A stretch of DNA of 64,000 nucleotides from NCBI GenBank assembly GCA_963823665.1, contig CAWGMQ010000003.1, forward strand, positions 448,001-512,000, in the 5' to 3' direction. This document shows positions 1 to 9,094 of the stretch, piece after piece; position 1 is the first letter of the stretch; each line of letters opens with the position of its first letter. Position numbers and translations under genes: made by a program. Below the pieces are notes generated by a model. The model was given only the letters and a program-made list of their open reading frames with translations. It had not been told where the DNA came from and did not search any database. The stretch is from an uncultured Planctomycetota bacterium. Its GTDB lineage: Bacteria; Planctomycetota; Planctomycetia; Isosphaerales; Isosphaeraceae.

Positions 1-1
1 C

Positions 2-684
2 ATCAAACACCCCGCGCACCGACTCGAGACACGTTGAAAGGTTGGCTTCCTCATTCTTGACGATCATAGTGAGCGAGACAGCGGCACGGGCCGAAGAGGC
101 GACGGGACCAGATTGAAAAGATTGATCCACAGATGACGCAGATTTGCGCAGATCAAGAGGAGGAATTATCATTGTTGGAGGTGTGGCCGCGGCCTTTCCA
201 TTTCTTGTTCGTCCCTGATCTTCCCGGCTTTCATCTGCGCAAATCTGCGTCCTCTGCGAACAGAAACTCCCCTGTTCATGACTTCGCTTCGCCGTCCGCG
301 GACTACCTTCGAACGGCTCGAGTGCCACCCTCCGCCCCTGCGGAACCGCGTCGCCCCATTTGGCCGCGAACCTCGCCGCATTCTCATTGAGCACGCGCTC
401 GGCATCGACGCCGTTGCCCACAAACGTCCTGCTGCCATAGTGGTGCACGAACAGATCATGCGCCACCGCCAGGGCAAAGCCAGCCCGCCTTGCCCGCTCA
501 GCCAGATCATCGTCATCAAAGAACCCGAGCCCAAACCGTTCATCAAGCCCGCCGATGGCGTCATAAACGGCGCGCTTCATGAGCAGGCAGAAACCAGAGA
601 GCTTCCGCACGGTAGACCACTGCCCGCGATGGTCGTCGCGCCAGCGGCGTGCAAAGACCTTCATCTCCTCGAGGTCGTGGCGGA
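2..684 (-). pseudogene. Multi-domain GT2 glycosyltransferase, 5'-truncated and running off the left edge (not in ORF track)
   Basis: Manual minus-strand translation is open from 684 to 2: HDLEEMKVFARRWRDDHRGQWSTVRKLSGFCLLMKRAVYDAIGGLDERFGLGFFDDDDL...LFVHHYGSRTF (GT2 C-terminal motifs), then VSLTMIVKNEEANLSTCLESVRGVFD (start of a second GT2 domain). GT-like sequence ends near 685, next to the transposase end motif. Confidence 0.8.
130..256. repeat. 24-bp inverted repeat pair (REP-like) inside the GT2 linker
   Basis: cagatgacgcagatttgcgcagat (130-153) and atctgcgcaaatctgcgtcctctg (233-256) are reverse complements with 1 mismatch. Confidence 0.85.
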
Positions 685-1018
685 ACCCAGACACCCACCC
701 TCTGCAATCGACAGTCGGTGCTGGGAAAAGCCAGGCGCACGTAGCTCGCACCGGTTTGCGTCCCGCGATCGCTGGGTGCCTCGCGGCCGACGACGCGCAC
801 GCACGCGTTTTGCCACGCACGGTCAGCAACTGGGTGCGCTCGGCTACGTCGCCGGCGATTTGCATGCGTCGGTTGCTGCGAACCGCTCGATATCGACGGC
901 CGTGCTTCGTCGCTTGCCGCGCCGGCGAACGAAACGACGCTGTCCGGCCTCAAATCCGTTCAAATTCGGCGTCCCGCGCTACGACCAGCGCTGGCGAGCT
1001 AGCGAGCGAGCCGCTTAC

Positions 1019-2251
1019 TTACAAAAACGCCACTTGCGCGGCCGCCTTGCCCTGAAACCAGCGTCGTGAGCAACGCGGCGCAGTGCGCACAAGCGAACTT
1101 GCTCGACCTGCCGCTTGCTTGAACATGCGCCCGAAGTCGCGCACCGTGTCCACCCAATTCGTTCGATCCACTCCCAGTCGGTCCAGGATGGGAGCCAGGT
1201 CTTCTGGAATTGCCCCACGCTTGTCCCGCCTCAGTTCCCGGCCCGTCCAATCGAGCAGCATGGCATACTTTCTGGTCTCGATCGGCAGAAACCCCTGATC
1301 CGACGCCCGCGCAGGGAGCGGCCGTTGTGACGCCGCCTGGCGCGGCACAGCCGAGACCGTGGCTGAAGAGCCAGCAGTTGCCCGACGCCCCGCGACATTG
1401 ACATGATCGCTCGCGATCGGTTCGCGCGGCGGACCCGTTTCTGACGGTGCAGCCGGTGAGTTTTCGGCCTGCCCGATTCTGGGAACGACGTCGGTCTCCC
1501 GCAACGTCAGTTCGCACAGCCAGCCATCCCGGCGATTGGAAGTCTCGGCCGAGCTCTCCTCACGCGATGAATGCAATCCACCCGGAGTTCCGGCGACGCT
1601 CAGAATGCGGTCACACCCCGACGTGAATTGCGATTCCTCCGGCGTACTGGCGATTCCCGCCCGAATCGGGTTGAGATCGACATAGACGCTGCATGCCAAA
1701 AGCGCTGCCTCATCGAGAAGCGGCTGAGATTTGAACCGACCGGCCCAGAATCTTCCCGCCGAGCGGTCCTCCCGATTGGCCGCCCGGGCGACCCATTCAC
1801 ACAAGCACCTCATGAACCACGACAGACTCGACAGCCGGCCGCGCAGGATCGCCAGCCGGTCAGCGTCGGCCGTGAGCATCGCCAGGTCAACGTCATCGGG
1901 CTCTGCTGGCTCGCCGGTAACATCGTCACGTTGCGGAAAGAGCTTGCGCCAGCGCAGCGCGACTTCAGCGTCGGACCATTGCTCGACGCTGTCGGGTCGA
2001 TTGCGGAGAACGAGATGCAGGTGGTTGCTCATAATGGCATAACCGCACACCTCGACGCCGAACAGCCCGGCGAGAGCGCGTAGCCGATCGAGAATCCAGG
2101 CCTTACGGTGAGAGTAATCACGACCGGAGTACGAGTCGGTGCCGCACAGGAAAGCTCTTCGGACGCACCGAGCAATGCAGTGATAAACGCCCACGCACTC
2201 TTCGTGGACGATGTAGCGGCGAGCAGAGGCCGGCACGTAAGGCTCCATCAC
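1019..2251 (-). CDS. REP-associated tyrosine transposase (RAYT, IS200/IS605-like Y1 HUH family, long form)
   Basis: YHCIARCVRRAFLCG, HUH motif MSNHLHLVL, GRFWAGRFKSQ and catalytic-Tyr region YVDLNPIRAG. Confidence 0.92.
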   Translation of the reverse strand: MMEPYVPASARRYIVHEECVGVYHCIARCVRRAFLCGTDSYSGRDYSHRKAWILDRLRALAGLFGVEVCGYAIMSNHLHLVLRNRPDSVEQWSDAEVALRWRKLFPQRDDVTGEPAEPDDVDLAMLTADADRLAILRGRLSSLSWFMRCLCEWVARAANREDRSAGRFWAGRFKSQPLLDEAALLACSVYVDLNPIRAGIASTPEESQFTSGCDRILSVAGTPGGLHSSREESSAETSNRRDGWLCELTLRETDVVPRIGQAENSPAAPSETGPPREPIASDHVNVAGRRATAGSSATVSAVPRQAASQRPLPARASDQGFLPIETRKYAMLLDWTGRELRRDKRGAIPEDLAPILDRLGVDRTNWVDTVRDFGRMFKQAAGRASSLVRTAPRCSRRWFQGKAAAQVAFL

Positions 2252-2302
2252 CAGGCAGGTGCAGCACGTTAGCGAGAGTATTCACGAGATCAGTAATGGA
2301 CA

Positions 2303-2330
2303 AAAATACCAGTAGCGGCGCGGGTGTCAA
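2303..2330 (-). promoter_or_regulatory. Sigma70-like promoter for the transposase
   Basis: Minus strand TTGACA (2330-2325), 16-nt spacer, TATTTT (2308-2303), about 50 nt upstream of the ATG. Confidence 0.5.
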
Positions 2331-2427
2331 GAGTGTTGAGAAAAAAATCGACAGCGAAGACGATTTGCTCGGAGCTAACCCGGAGTTGCCACTACCACCG
2401 CCGCAGATGCTTCGGGACGAGCCCGGT

Positions 2428-2612
2428 GGCATCTGCACCGGGATGCCAGCTTCACATGAGATCGGTGGGTGTCTGCGATCCTTTCGTCTGCCATCCGCGG
2501 TGGCGGCATCTGGACCGGGATGCCAGCTTCACCTGAGATCGGTGGGTGTCGGCCATCCTTCTGAGATCGATGGATGTCTGCCATCCATGAGATCGGTGGG
2601 TGTCTGCCATCC
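2428..2612. repeat. REP-like array: 4 x 25-bp TGAGATCGGTGGGTGTCTGCCATCC plus 2 x GGCATC-N8-GATGCC hairpin
   Basis: Copies at 2457-2481, 2534-2558, 2562-2586 and 2588-2612 with 0-2 mismatches. The hairpin unit starts at 2428 and 2505, before copies 1 and 2. Confidence 0.9.
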
Positions 2613-2750
2613 CCCGGATTCTTGCTTGAACTGTGACGAGCGGACCATCTTGACGGTCTTTGGGCTTCGTCAAGTCGGCATGTTCAATCATTCGCCGAAG
2701 TTCGTCAGCGTTTGTGGGAGATACTCGGCATTCCGCCAGCCACGGCACGA

Positions 2751-2890
2751 CCGCTTTGCCCCGCATGGAAGAATTGGGGAACAGCCAATACAGTGAAGTA
2801 CGGCACGGTGATTCTGCGTAGCAAGAATGACGACGTGATCCCGTTTTGCCGACTCCGAAGAGCTGCTCCGAAACAGCGGGCTCGCTGGAA
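2751..2890 (+). pseudogene. C-terminal fragment of a small alpha/beta hydrolase
   Basis: PLCPAWKNWGTANTVKYGTVILRSKNDDVIPF, then after a frameshift ADSEELLRNSGLA. No N-terminus is visible. Confidence 0.5.
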
Positions 2891-3100
2891 CAGGCCGCTG
2901 GTTGTGAACCCAACGAAGCGATGCGGGAAAGAATGCAACAAGCGCTGAGAGGAGAGCCGCTTTCCCCGTGAATCAACTACCGAGGGATGATAGTACCGGC
3001 GGAGTTTGCATTGGGCATCTATCTTCGGGGATCGGTTCCTCCTGAACCGGGAACTTGAAGAGAGCAGGCTCACCTGCCGCTTCGCTTCGATCACTCTTGG

Positions 3101-3275
3101 TCAGCTACAAGCAGCCTGGCGATTGATTGTCTGATCGATCCCAGACTCGAAAGTGTCACAGACCAGACCGGCTACCAGCCACCGTAGCGAGACACGCTCT
3201 TCCTGAGCAATTCTGCGGAGGTGGCAAAGAAGATCGTCGGACAAGACAACAGCGAGTTTGGGTTTGGCTTCCAAG
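3101..3275 (-). CDS. Small ribbon-helix-helix-like protein
   Basis: KLAVVLSDDLLCHLRRIAQEERVSLRWLVAGLV has a strand-helix-helix pattern. GGAG precedes a TTG, but the start is uncertain. Confidence 0.45.
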
Positions 3276-3385
3276 ACATTCGCTCCCTGGTCATGGTTGT
3301 TGATGAACGAAGGCATCATGCATCGTGGAGCCCACCCTCCTAGGCTTAGAATGGCTGTCGTTCTCACTCCTCCGGAGATCGAGCA

Positions 3386-3973
3386 ATGAAGCGAATCCGA
3401 TTCAACATCGCTAGTCTGCTCGGCGTCGTCCTGGTTCTTGGGATCGGCTTTGCTGCTCTGAGAGAATCCAGCGACCTCTGGGAGAGCAGCATCTTCAGCA
3501 TCACACTCGTCGTTCTATTGATTTCGATCATGTTCGCCATTCATCGAACTGAGACGAGACGGGCATTTTGGATCGGGTTCGCAGTGTTCGGTTGGATCTA
3601 CCTGGCGCTTACGCTGGTCCCGTCAATTGAATCCAGGCTGATCACGACCGAGGGGTTGGCTTATCTCGATTCAGGGGTGCAGGATGCCTTCTCCAACAAC
3701 ATACAAGCCGGGGGCACTCTTTCCGGCAGTCTCAAAGAGCACACGATCAGAGCCCCGTTCCAGGGCATTATCCTCAAGAGTCGGAAACAGGACGGGTCGC
3801 TTACGTCGTATTACTCCGCACTCTTTGGAGGCGGCAGCGGCAAGACAGGGAACTTTGTCGGGATTGGACACTCGCTGTTCACTCTGCTGATGGGCTTGCT
3901 CGGCGCACAACTCTCTCGCCGTCTTTGCCGAACTTCGAGATCGCCAGAGCCATCAACAGCGGTCGAGGCGTAA
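3386..3973 (+). CDS. Multi-pass membrane protein (paralog A)
   Basis: Three N-terminal and one C-terminal hydrophobic segments, GGAG RBS, strong similarity to 5493-6065. Confidence 0.85.
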   Translation: MKRIRFNIASLLGVVLVLGIGFAALRESSDLWESSIFSITLVVLLISIMFAIHRTETRRAFWIGFAVFGWIYLALTLVPSIESRLITTEGLAYLDSGVQDAFSNNIQAGGTLSGSLKEHTIRAPFQGIILKSRKQDGSLTSYYSALFGGGSGKTGNFVGIGHSLFTLLMGLLGAQLSRRLCRTSRSPEPSTAVEA

Positions 3974-3984
3974 GGAACTGCACA

Positions 3985-4676
3985 GTGACCGACCTATACC
4001 TCTGTCCCGGCAAGATCCTCAGCGCCTTCGGTCGGCTATATCCTCAAGCCTGGCAAAAGGTGGATGAGTCCCGTGCCGGGAGAAAGGAACTTCGGAACTG
4101 GCCCGACTGGTGCTTCCTGCCGCTGGCGGGAACCTACGCCATCGTGTCCAAGGGCAAGACCCCTCCCAACCAGGCTCATCACATCGGAATCCTGGGTGCT
4201 CTGGCAGCCTGGCGGGTCACCCAAGGCATCTACCGGTTCGATCCCACGACCTTTGACGCCCTCTGGAAGACCCCGGTCACTGGCGACATCCCCACTGAGG
4301 TTCTATATCACGCTCCGAGGCCGCCGAGATCAAGGGGGTTGGTGCCGGTAATCGTGCGCCCACTCGTCCCAAGCCCCAGAAGACCAAGAAGGGGATGAGG
4401 ATCTTCGCTCCGGATCATCCGAGCCGGTGGGAGGTCGGTTATCGCCTTGGAGCTGCGTTGAGGCAGGCGTTGTCGGAGCATGAACCAGCGGACCCGACCG
4501 GCACCCATGCCAGCCCTCGTCCCCATATCCGAAGCGCTCACTGGCACTCATTCTGGGTGGGAAAGAAGGATCAGCCCGATGCAAGGTCCGTGACGCTCAA
4601 GTGGCTGCCGCCAAGCCCGGTGAATGTGCTGGGAGTCGAAGACCTGACGACGACGGTGCGGGATGTAGGCAAATAG
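3985..4676 (+). pseudogene. acrVA2: AcrVA2-family anti-CRISPR homolog with central deletion and frameshift near 4311
   Basis: N-part WPDWCFLPLAG...LAAWRVTQGIYRFDP...TGDIPTEVLYH. C-part in another frame SEAAEI...PKPQKTKKGMRIFAP...VGYRLGAALR...PRPHIRSAHWHSFW...KWLPP. GTG start after TAAGGA. Confidence 0.75.
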
Positions 4677-4699
4677 TGACGCATTACTGGAGATTGGCG

Positions 4700-5383
4700 A
4701 TGGATTCGTATCCCGATCTGTCAACCGAAGCCAAGTGCCGGGAGCTCCTCGACCGTTACCCGGATAATCTCTTCGTGAGGGACCGGTTGGCTTCTATTCT
4801 TCGATCTCAAGGACGCAACGATGAGGCGAGCGAGCTTCTTCCCGTCGAACCGCCCTACTTGAAATACGACATGGGACTCTTAACCCATGACGAACGTATT
4901 CGTCAAAATCCCAAAGACACGGTCGCCTACCTGAACCGAGGAATATGGCACCATTGGAATGGATCATTCGGTAAGGCGCTAACGGATTTCGACACATCCA
5001 TCTCGATCGATCCCACCATCGCCTACGCATTTTGTGCCCGTGCCAGCCTGCGAGCAACCTGCCCCGACGAGACATTCCGGAATGGGCAGATGGCGCTGGA
5101 GGATGCTCGGACATCCCTGAAATTGGCTGAACAGGCAGGGCAGCTAATTGGGGACTGGCGGCATCGGCTTTACCTTCAGGTCTTGGCAGCGGCCCACGCC
5201 GAGAACGCCGAGTTCAAGCAAGCGATTGTGATCCAAACGACGGCTCTTGAACTCGCTCTCACCAATGGGCCGAGGTCACAGATCAGCCAACGGCTGGAGC
5301 AGTATCGGTTGGGCAATCCGATAAGGGAGGAGGGTGGGTTGGTCAGATGTGGTTTCAATCCCTCGGGCCATAGCCCAAGTTGA
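4700..5383 (+). CDS. TPR-repeat protein
   Basis: AYLNRGIWH...ALTDFDTSISIDPTIAYAFCARA and LAAAHAENAEFKQAI TPR-like motifs; GGAG RBS. Confidence 0.8.
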   Translation: MDSYPDLSTEAKCRELLDRYPDNLFVRDRLASILRSQGRNDEASELLPVEPPYLKYDMGLLTHDERIRQNPKDTVAYLNRGIWHHWNGSFGKALTDFDTSISIDPTIAYAFCARASLRATCPDETFRNGQMALEDARTSLKLAEQAGQLIGDWRHRLYLQVLAAAHAENAEFKQAIVIQTTALELALTNGPRSQISQRLEQYRLGNPIREEGGLVRCGFNPSGHSPS

Positions 5384-5492
5384 TCGACAGGTCCGGTACT
5401 ACCGCCAGTTGGTTCGACGGCATTTCCCGAAATTCAGACTCCGCTTAAGATCGTCTTTAGCAGATCATCTTTCAATGTTTAGGAACCATGCC

Positions 5493-6065
5493 ATGAGGCG
5501 CTTTCGATTCCACCTCGGCACGCTCGTGATCCTCGTTCTGCTCCTTGGGGTCGGTTTTGCCGCCCTTCGTGAGTCCAACAATCTCTGGGACAGCACCATC
5601 TTCAGTGTCACGCTCGTTCTCCTATCGGTCTCGATCTTGTTTGCCGTCCATCGCCATGAATCCAAACGAGCGTTCTGGCTGGGGTTCGCTTTATTTGGGT
5701 CAGCTTACCTGGGACTCTCTTTTGTGCCGTCAATCGAATCCAGGCTGATGACGACCAAGGCGCTTGTCTACCTTGACTCCAAATTGCCGGAGCGACCATT
5801 AGACATTCTCCCTACGCTCCCGGAACTTATCCAATTCGCAAACGACAATCGGCTTGACATCAACAGACCGGACACCGTGACGCTTGCAAAGGTGAGTTTG
5901 CTCGGCGGGTGGAGCGGCACTACGGAGAACTTCATGAGGATTGGACACTCGTTACTTACCCTACTGGTGGGCTTGCTCGGCGCACAACTCTCTCGCTGCC
6001 TATGCCGTGCTCCGAAAAATAAAGATGGTTCCACGGCGGTCGAGTCGAAAGAAAGCACTCGGTAA
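5493..6065 (+). CDS. Multi-pass membrane protein (paralog B)
   Basis: MRRFRFHLGTL...GFAALRES...VPSIESRL aligns by eye with paralog A. Confidence 0.85.
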   Translation: MRRFRFHLGTLVILVLLLGVGFAALRESNNLWDSTIFSVTLVLLSVSILFAVHRHESKRAFWLGFALFGSAYLGLSFVPSIESRLMTTKALVYLDSKLPERPLDILPTLPELIQFANDNRLDINRPDTVTLAKVSLLGGWSGTTENFMRIGHSLLTLLVGLLGAQLSRCLCRAPKNKDGSTAVESKESTR

Positions 6066-6499
6066 TCGACGTCTGCGTTCCTCTTTCCCCTTCAACTGCT
6101 CAGCGAGGATGCCATTTGGAACCTTTGCAGCACTCGTTACCACGCCCGGCGGCAGAGTGACGTTGGCAATCATTCTCGGGATCATCGGGTTGCTCGTTAT
6201 TGTCTGCATCCCGCACAACGTGCGAATCTGGCGAGTGAGGAAGGTCTTCATAGACCTGCCGCTGATCGTCAAGGAACGGGTGCTTGAGTTGATCGAGGAG
6301 GCGGCAGCCGAGAATCCGTCGATAAGATACCTCCTTTTGGACAGTCCATGCTCGCAGCCGGAGATAGCGATCTTGTCCCATGTTGGCGGGATTCCGTTGC
6401 AAGGCATTGATCGATACCCACTGATGGAGACGCTCTACCGGATCGGCGCTAGCGATGGTCTGGATCGATCGTCAGACCGGAGTCCAGGAGCGATTCGAT

Positions 6500-7015
6500 A
6501 TGCCTCAGTCCCCAAACCCTCAAATCGTCAAGAGGGTCAAGAACCTGTGCGAGATCGCCAAGGCGCTCCGCAGGGGAAAGCACTTCCCTATGACCCGCTT
6601 GACGACCATCAAGAGCCTCTGCGCAGAGCCTGAAGCCGGAACAGCTTTCGCTTTTTTCCTAACTCAGAGAATCCAGCGCAAAATGCGACGAGGGAAACAC
6701 CCAAAAAAGTTTCGTGAACTCGTGGATCGAGCCGTCAAGGAGTTGAAGCCCGATTTGGCTGAACCGACCGATGAACGACGAGCACGGCTGTCTTCGTTGT
6801 GCACTGAGATGCAAGCGGAACAGAATGACTACAAGAAGATTGGCTGGAACATGGTTCGGTTGCTCAAGAGCAGAGAAATGTCTGTGGTTGAAAGACCTTC
6901 ACGATTCTTGAGGAGAAAGGGATTCAGGCTGCCTTGGTCGTGGCTCCGTTTTGGCCCAAGACAGAACAATCAGGACGGACGGGTGAGCGACGATCCGGGT
7001 CGCGTAGCACCTTGA
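6500..7015 (+). CDS. Hypothetical helical protein, possibly 3'-truncated
   Basis: AGGAG RBS and ATG; protein-like to about 6890, then low-quality sequence. Confidence 0.55.
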   Translation: MPQSPNPQIVKRVKNLCEIAKALRRGKHFPMTRLTTIKSLCAEPEAGTAFAFFLTQRIQRKMRRGKHPKKFRELVDRAVKELKPDLAEPTDERRARLSSLCTEMQAEQNDYKKIGWNMVRLLKSREMSVVERPSRFLRRKGFRLPWSWLRFGPRQNNQDGRVSDDPGRVAP

Positions 7016-7117
7016 CAGTCTCAATTGTCCTGCGCGTAATCGAGACTCGAAGTGCCAGAGGCCGGGGGCGTGCGTTCGGCCGCCGCGGGCCCTCGCACTC
7101 CTAGAGGAGCACGATTC

Positions 7118-7449
7118 ATGCCCGACCCGATCACGTATGCCGATTTTGCCAAGCTCGAGCTGCGCGTCGCCAAGGTGATCGAGGCACGGCCGCACCCCAA
7201 CGCCGACCGCCTGCTCCTGGTGCAGGTTGACCTGGGTGACGAGCAAAAACAGATCGTCGCCGGCATTCGCCAGCACTACACGCCGGAGCAGCTCGTCGGG
7301 AAGTTGATCATCATCGTGAATAACCTCGAGCCCGCGATGCTGCGCGGCGAGTCGTCGAACGGAATGCTCTTGGCCGCCACGTCCGAAGACAAGGTGATCG
7401 TCCTGTCCGTCGACGACCCGAGCTGTGTCGTGGGCGCAAGATCAAATAA
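7118..7449 (+). CDS. metG: Stand-alone tRNA-binding OB-fold protein (MetRS beta-subunit/Trbp111-like)
   Basis: DFAKLELRVAKV, QIVAGIRQHY, NLEPAMLRGESSNGMLLAA. Adding one base near 7438 restores the usual GAKIK* ending (TAA 7447-7449). Confidence 0.85.
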
Positions 7450-7486
7450 CGAATCGCGCCAGAGACGGCGTCCACGGAGTGAGCTT

Positions 7487-9094
7487 TTGCGGCGCGAACT
7501 TGGCGATTTTCAGACGCCGCCCGAGCTGGCAGCCGCGGTACTCGAGTGCTTGGGCCCGATCGGCCGGAAGTGGTCGCGAGTGCTCGAGCCAACCTGCGGC
7601 CAGGGCCATTTCATCGCCGGCCTGCTCGAACACGCGTTTCCACCCAGAGAGATCCTCGCCGTCGAGATTCAAGACAGCCACTGCGCGGCAGCTCGCGCGG
7701 CCTCGGCCGCCGGCGCCGATCGCCGCGGAGTGCACGTGCGAATCCACCAGGCCGATTTCTTCGGCGTCGATCTGCGCGAGGACTTGAGGTGGCGAGAGAC
7801 CGGCCGCCTGCTCGTCGTGGGCAACCCTCCCTGGGTCACCAGCGCCGAACTGGGCCGGCTCGATTCGAGCGTGCGACCACCCAGGCACCGAATGGAAGGT
7901 CTCGACGGTCTCGCGGCGCTCACCGGCTCTTCGAACTTCGACGTCGCCGAGGCCGTCTGGCTCAAGCTCATCGCCGAGCTGGCCGATCAAGCCGCGACGA
8001 TCGCCCTTCTTTGCAAGACGTCGGTCGCTCGGCGAATACTCGAGCGAGCACACCGTCAGCGGCTGCCGGTCGCAAACGCCGAGATTCGCCGGCTCGATGC
8101 GTCAAGGTGGTTCGGCGCGGCAGTCGACGCCTGCCTCTTCCAGGTTGAATTAGGGACGCCTGAGAGCCTGCGCGAAGTACCGGTCTACGAGAGCTTGGTG
8201 CACAAGAGTCCTACATCGGTGATGGGCTTCGCCGGCGGGTGGCTGATTGCTGATCGCGACGCGTACGCGGCGGGCTCGTCCGCGGAAGGCGTCTGTCCCT
8301 TGACCTGGCGGCAAGGGATCAAGCACGACGCCGCGGCGGTGATGGAGCTCGTTCGCGACGCGGAAACCGGCCGATTGAGGAACCGGGCTGGCGAGATCAT
8401 CGACGTCGAGCCGGAATTCGTCTATCCTCTCATCAAGGGAGGCGACCTGGCGCGCGACGCACCGAATTCCGAACGGGCCGTGCTGATCACTCAAGAGCGA
8501 ATCGGTGCCGACACCACGGTGCTGCGTGAATTAGCTCCGAGGCTCTGGGGGTATTTGCAAGCGCACGCCGGCGCATTCCGCAAGCGCAGGTCGTCGATCT
8601 ACGTTGGCCAGTCTCCGTTTGCGATGTTCGGAATTGGGCCGTACAGCTTCGCACCATGGAAGGTGGCCATCGGGGCGCTCAACAAGACACCGCGGTTCCG
8701 TGCTCTGGGGCCGAGAGAGGGGAAGCCGGTGATGCTCGATGACACGTGCTACTTCCTCCCCTGCTCTTCCGCGCCCGAGGCCGCCGTGCTCGCCGCGTTG
8801 TGCACTGACCCGCTCACCCTCGAGTTCCTGCGCACCGCCAGTTTTTCGAGCGCCAAGCGTCCTTTCACAAAAGCCCTGCTCCAGCGCGTGGATCTCGCTG
8901 CGATCCGGGTTCGGTCCGACCGCCGGTCGCTCACGGCGCGGGCACGCGAAATTCAAGAACGCGAGCTGGGACACGACAGCGGGAGCCGGGCAATCTCGAA
9001 CGTGATCGTCGGGTTGGAGCAGCAATTCAATCCATTGAGCCGCGGCGCGAAGGCCGCCGGCAAGACCCATGCCCGGGAGGGCCTTCGATCATGA
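7487..9094 (+). CDS. SAM-dependent amino-DNA methyltransferase (N6A/N4C), orphan
   Basis: GDFQTP, motif I VLEPTCGQGHF, motif IV GNPPW, later WRQGIKHD. TTG start after GGAG. Confidence 0.85.
   Translation: MRRELGDFQTPPELAAAVLECLGPIGRKWSRVLEPTCGQGHFIAGLLEHAFPPREILAVEIQDSHCAAARAASAAGADRRGVHVRIHQADFFGVDLREDLRWRETGRLLVVGNPPWVTSAELGRLDSSVRPPRHRMEGLDGLAALTGSSNFDVAEAVWLKLIAELADQAATIALLCKTSVARRILERAHRQRLPVANAEIRRLDASRWFGAAVDACLFQVELGTPESLREVPVYESLVHKSPTSVMGFAGGWLIADRDAYAAGSSAEGVCPLTWRQGIKHDAAAVMELVRDAETGRLRNRAGEIIDVEPEFVYPLIKGGDLARDAPNSERAVLITQERIGADTTVLRELAPRLWGYLQAHAGAFRKRRSSIYVGQSPFAMFGIGPYSFAPWKVAIGALNKTPRFRALGPREGKPVMLDDTCYFLPCSSAPEAAVLAALCTDPLTLEFLRTASFSSAKRPFTKALLQRVDLAAIRVRSDRRSLTARAREIQERELGHDSGSRAISNVIVGLEQQFNPLSRGAKAAGKTHAREGLRS

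Larger units (their letters stand above)
688..2612 (-). mobile_element. Putative RAYT/Y1-transposase element bounded by inverted GGTGGGTGTCTG motifs
   Basis: cagacacccacc at 688-699 is the reverse complement of the repeat core at 2457-2612. The transposase lies between them and gene fragments lie on both outer sides. Confidence 0.6.

Noticed and set aside
278..1069. 263-aa plus-strand ORF
   Set aside because: Antisense shadow of the GT2 frame.
2428..2612. CRISPR array
   Set aside because: Gaps of 52, 3 and 1 nt, no unique constant-length spacers and no cas genes.
3000..7015. Integron cassette array
   Set aside because: No recurring attC-like sites between genes and no integrase.
7052..9094. 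Novel tRNA-binding/DNA-methyltransferase fusion protein
   Set aside because: One added base restores a canonical stop at 7447-7449, and the MTase has its own RBS and TTG.
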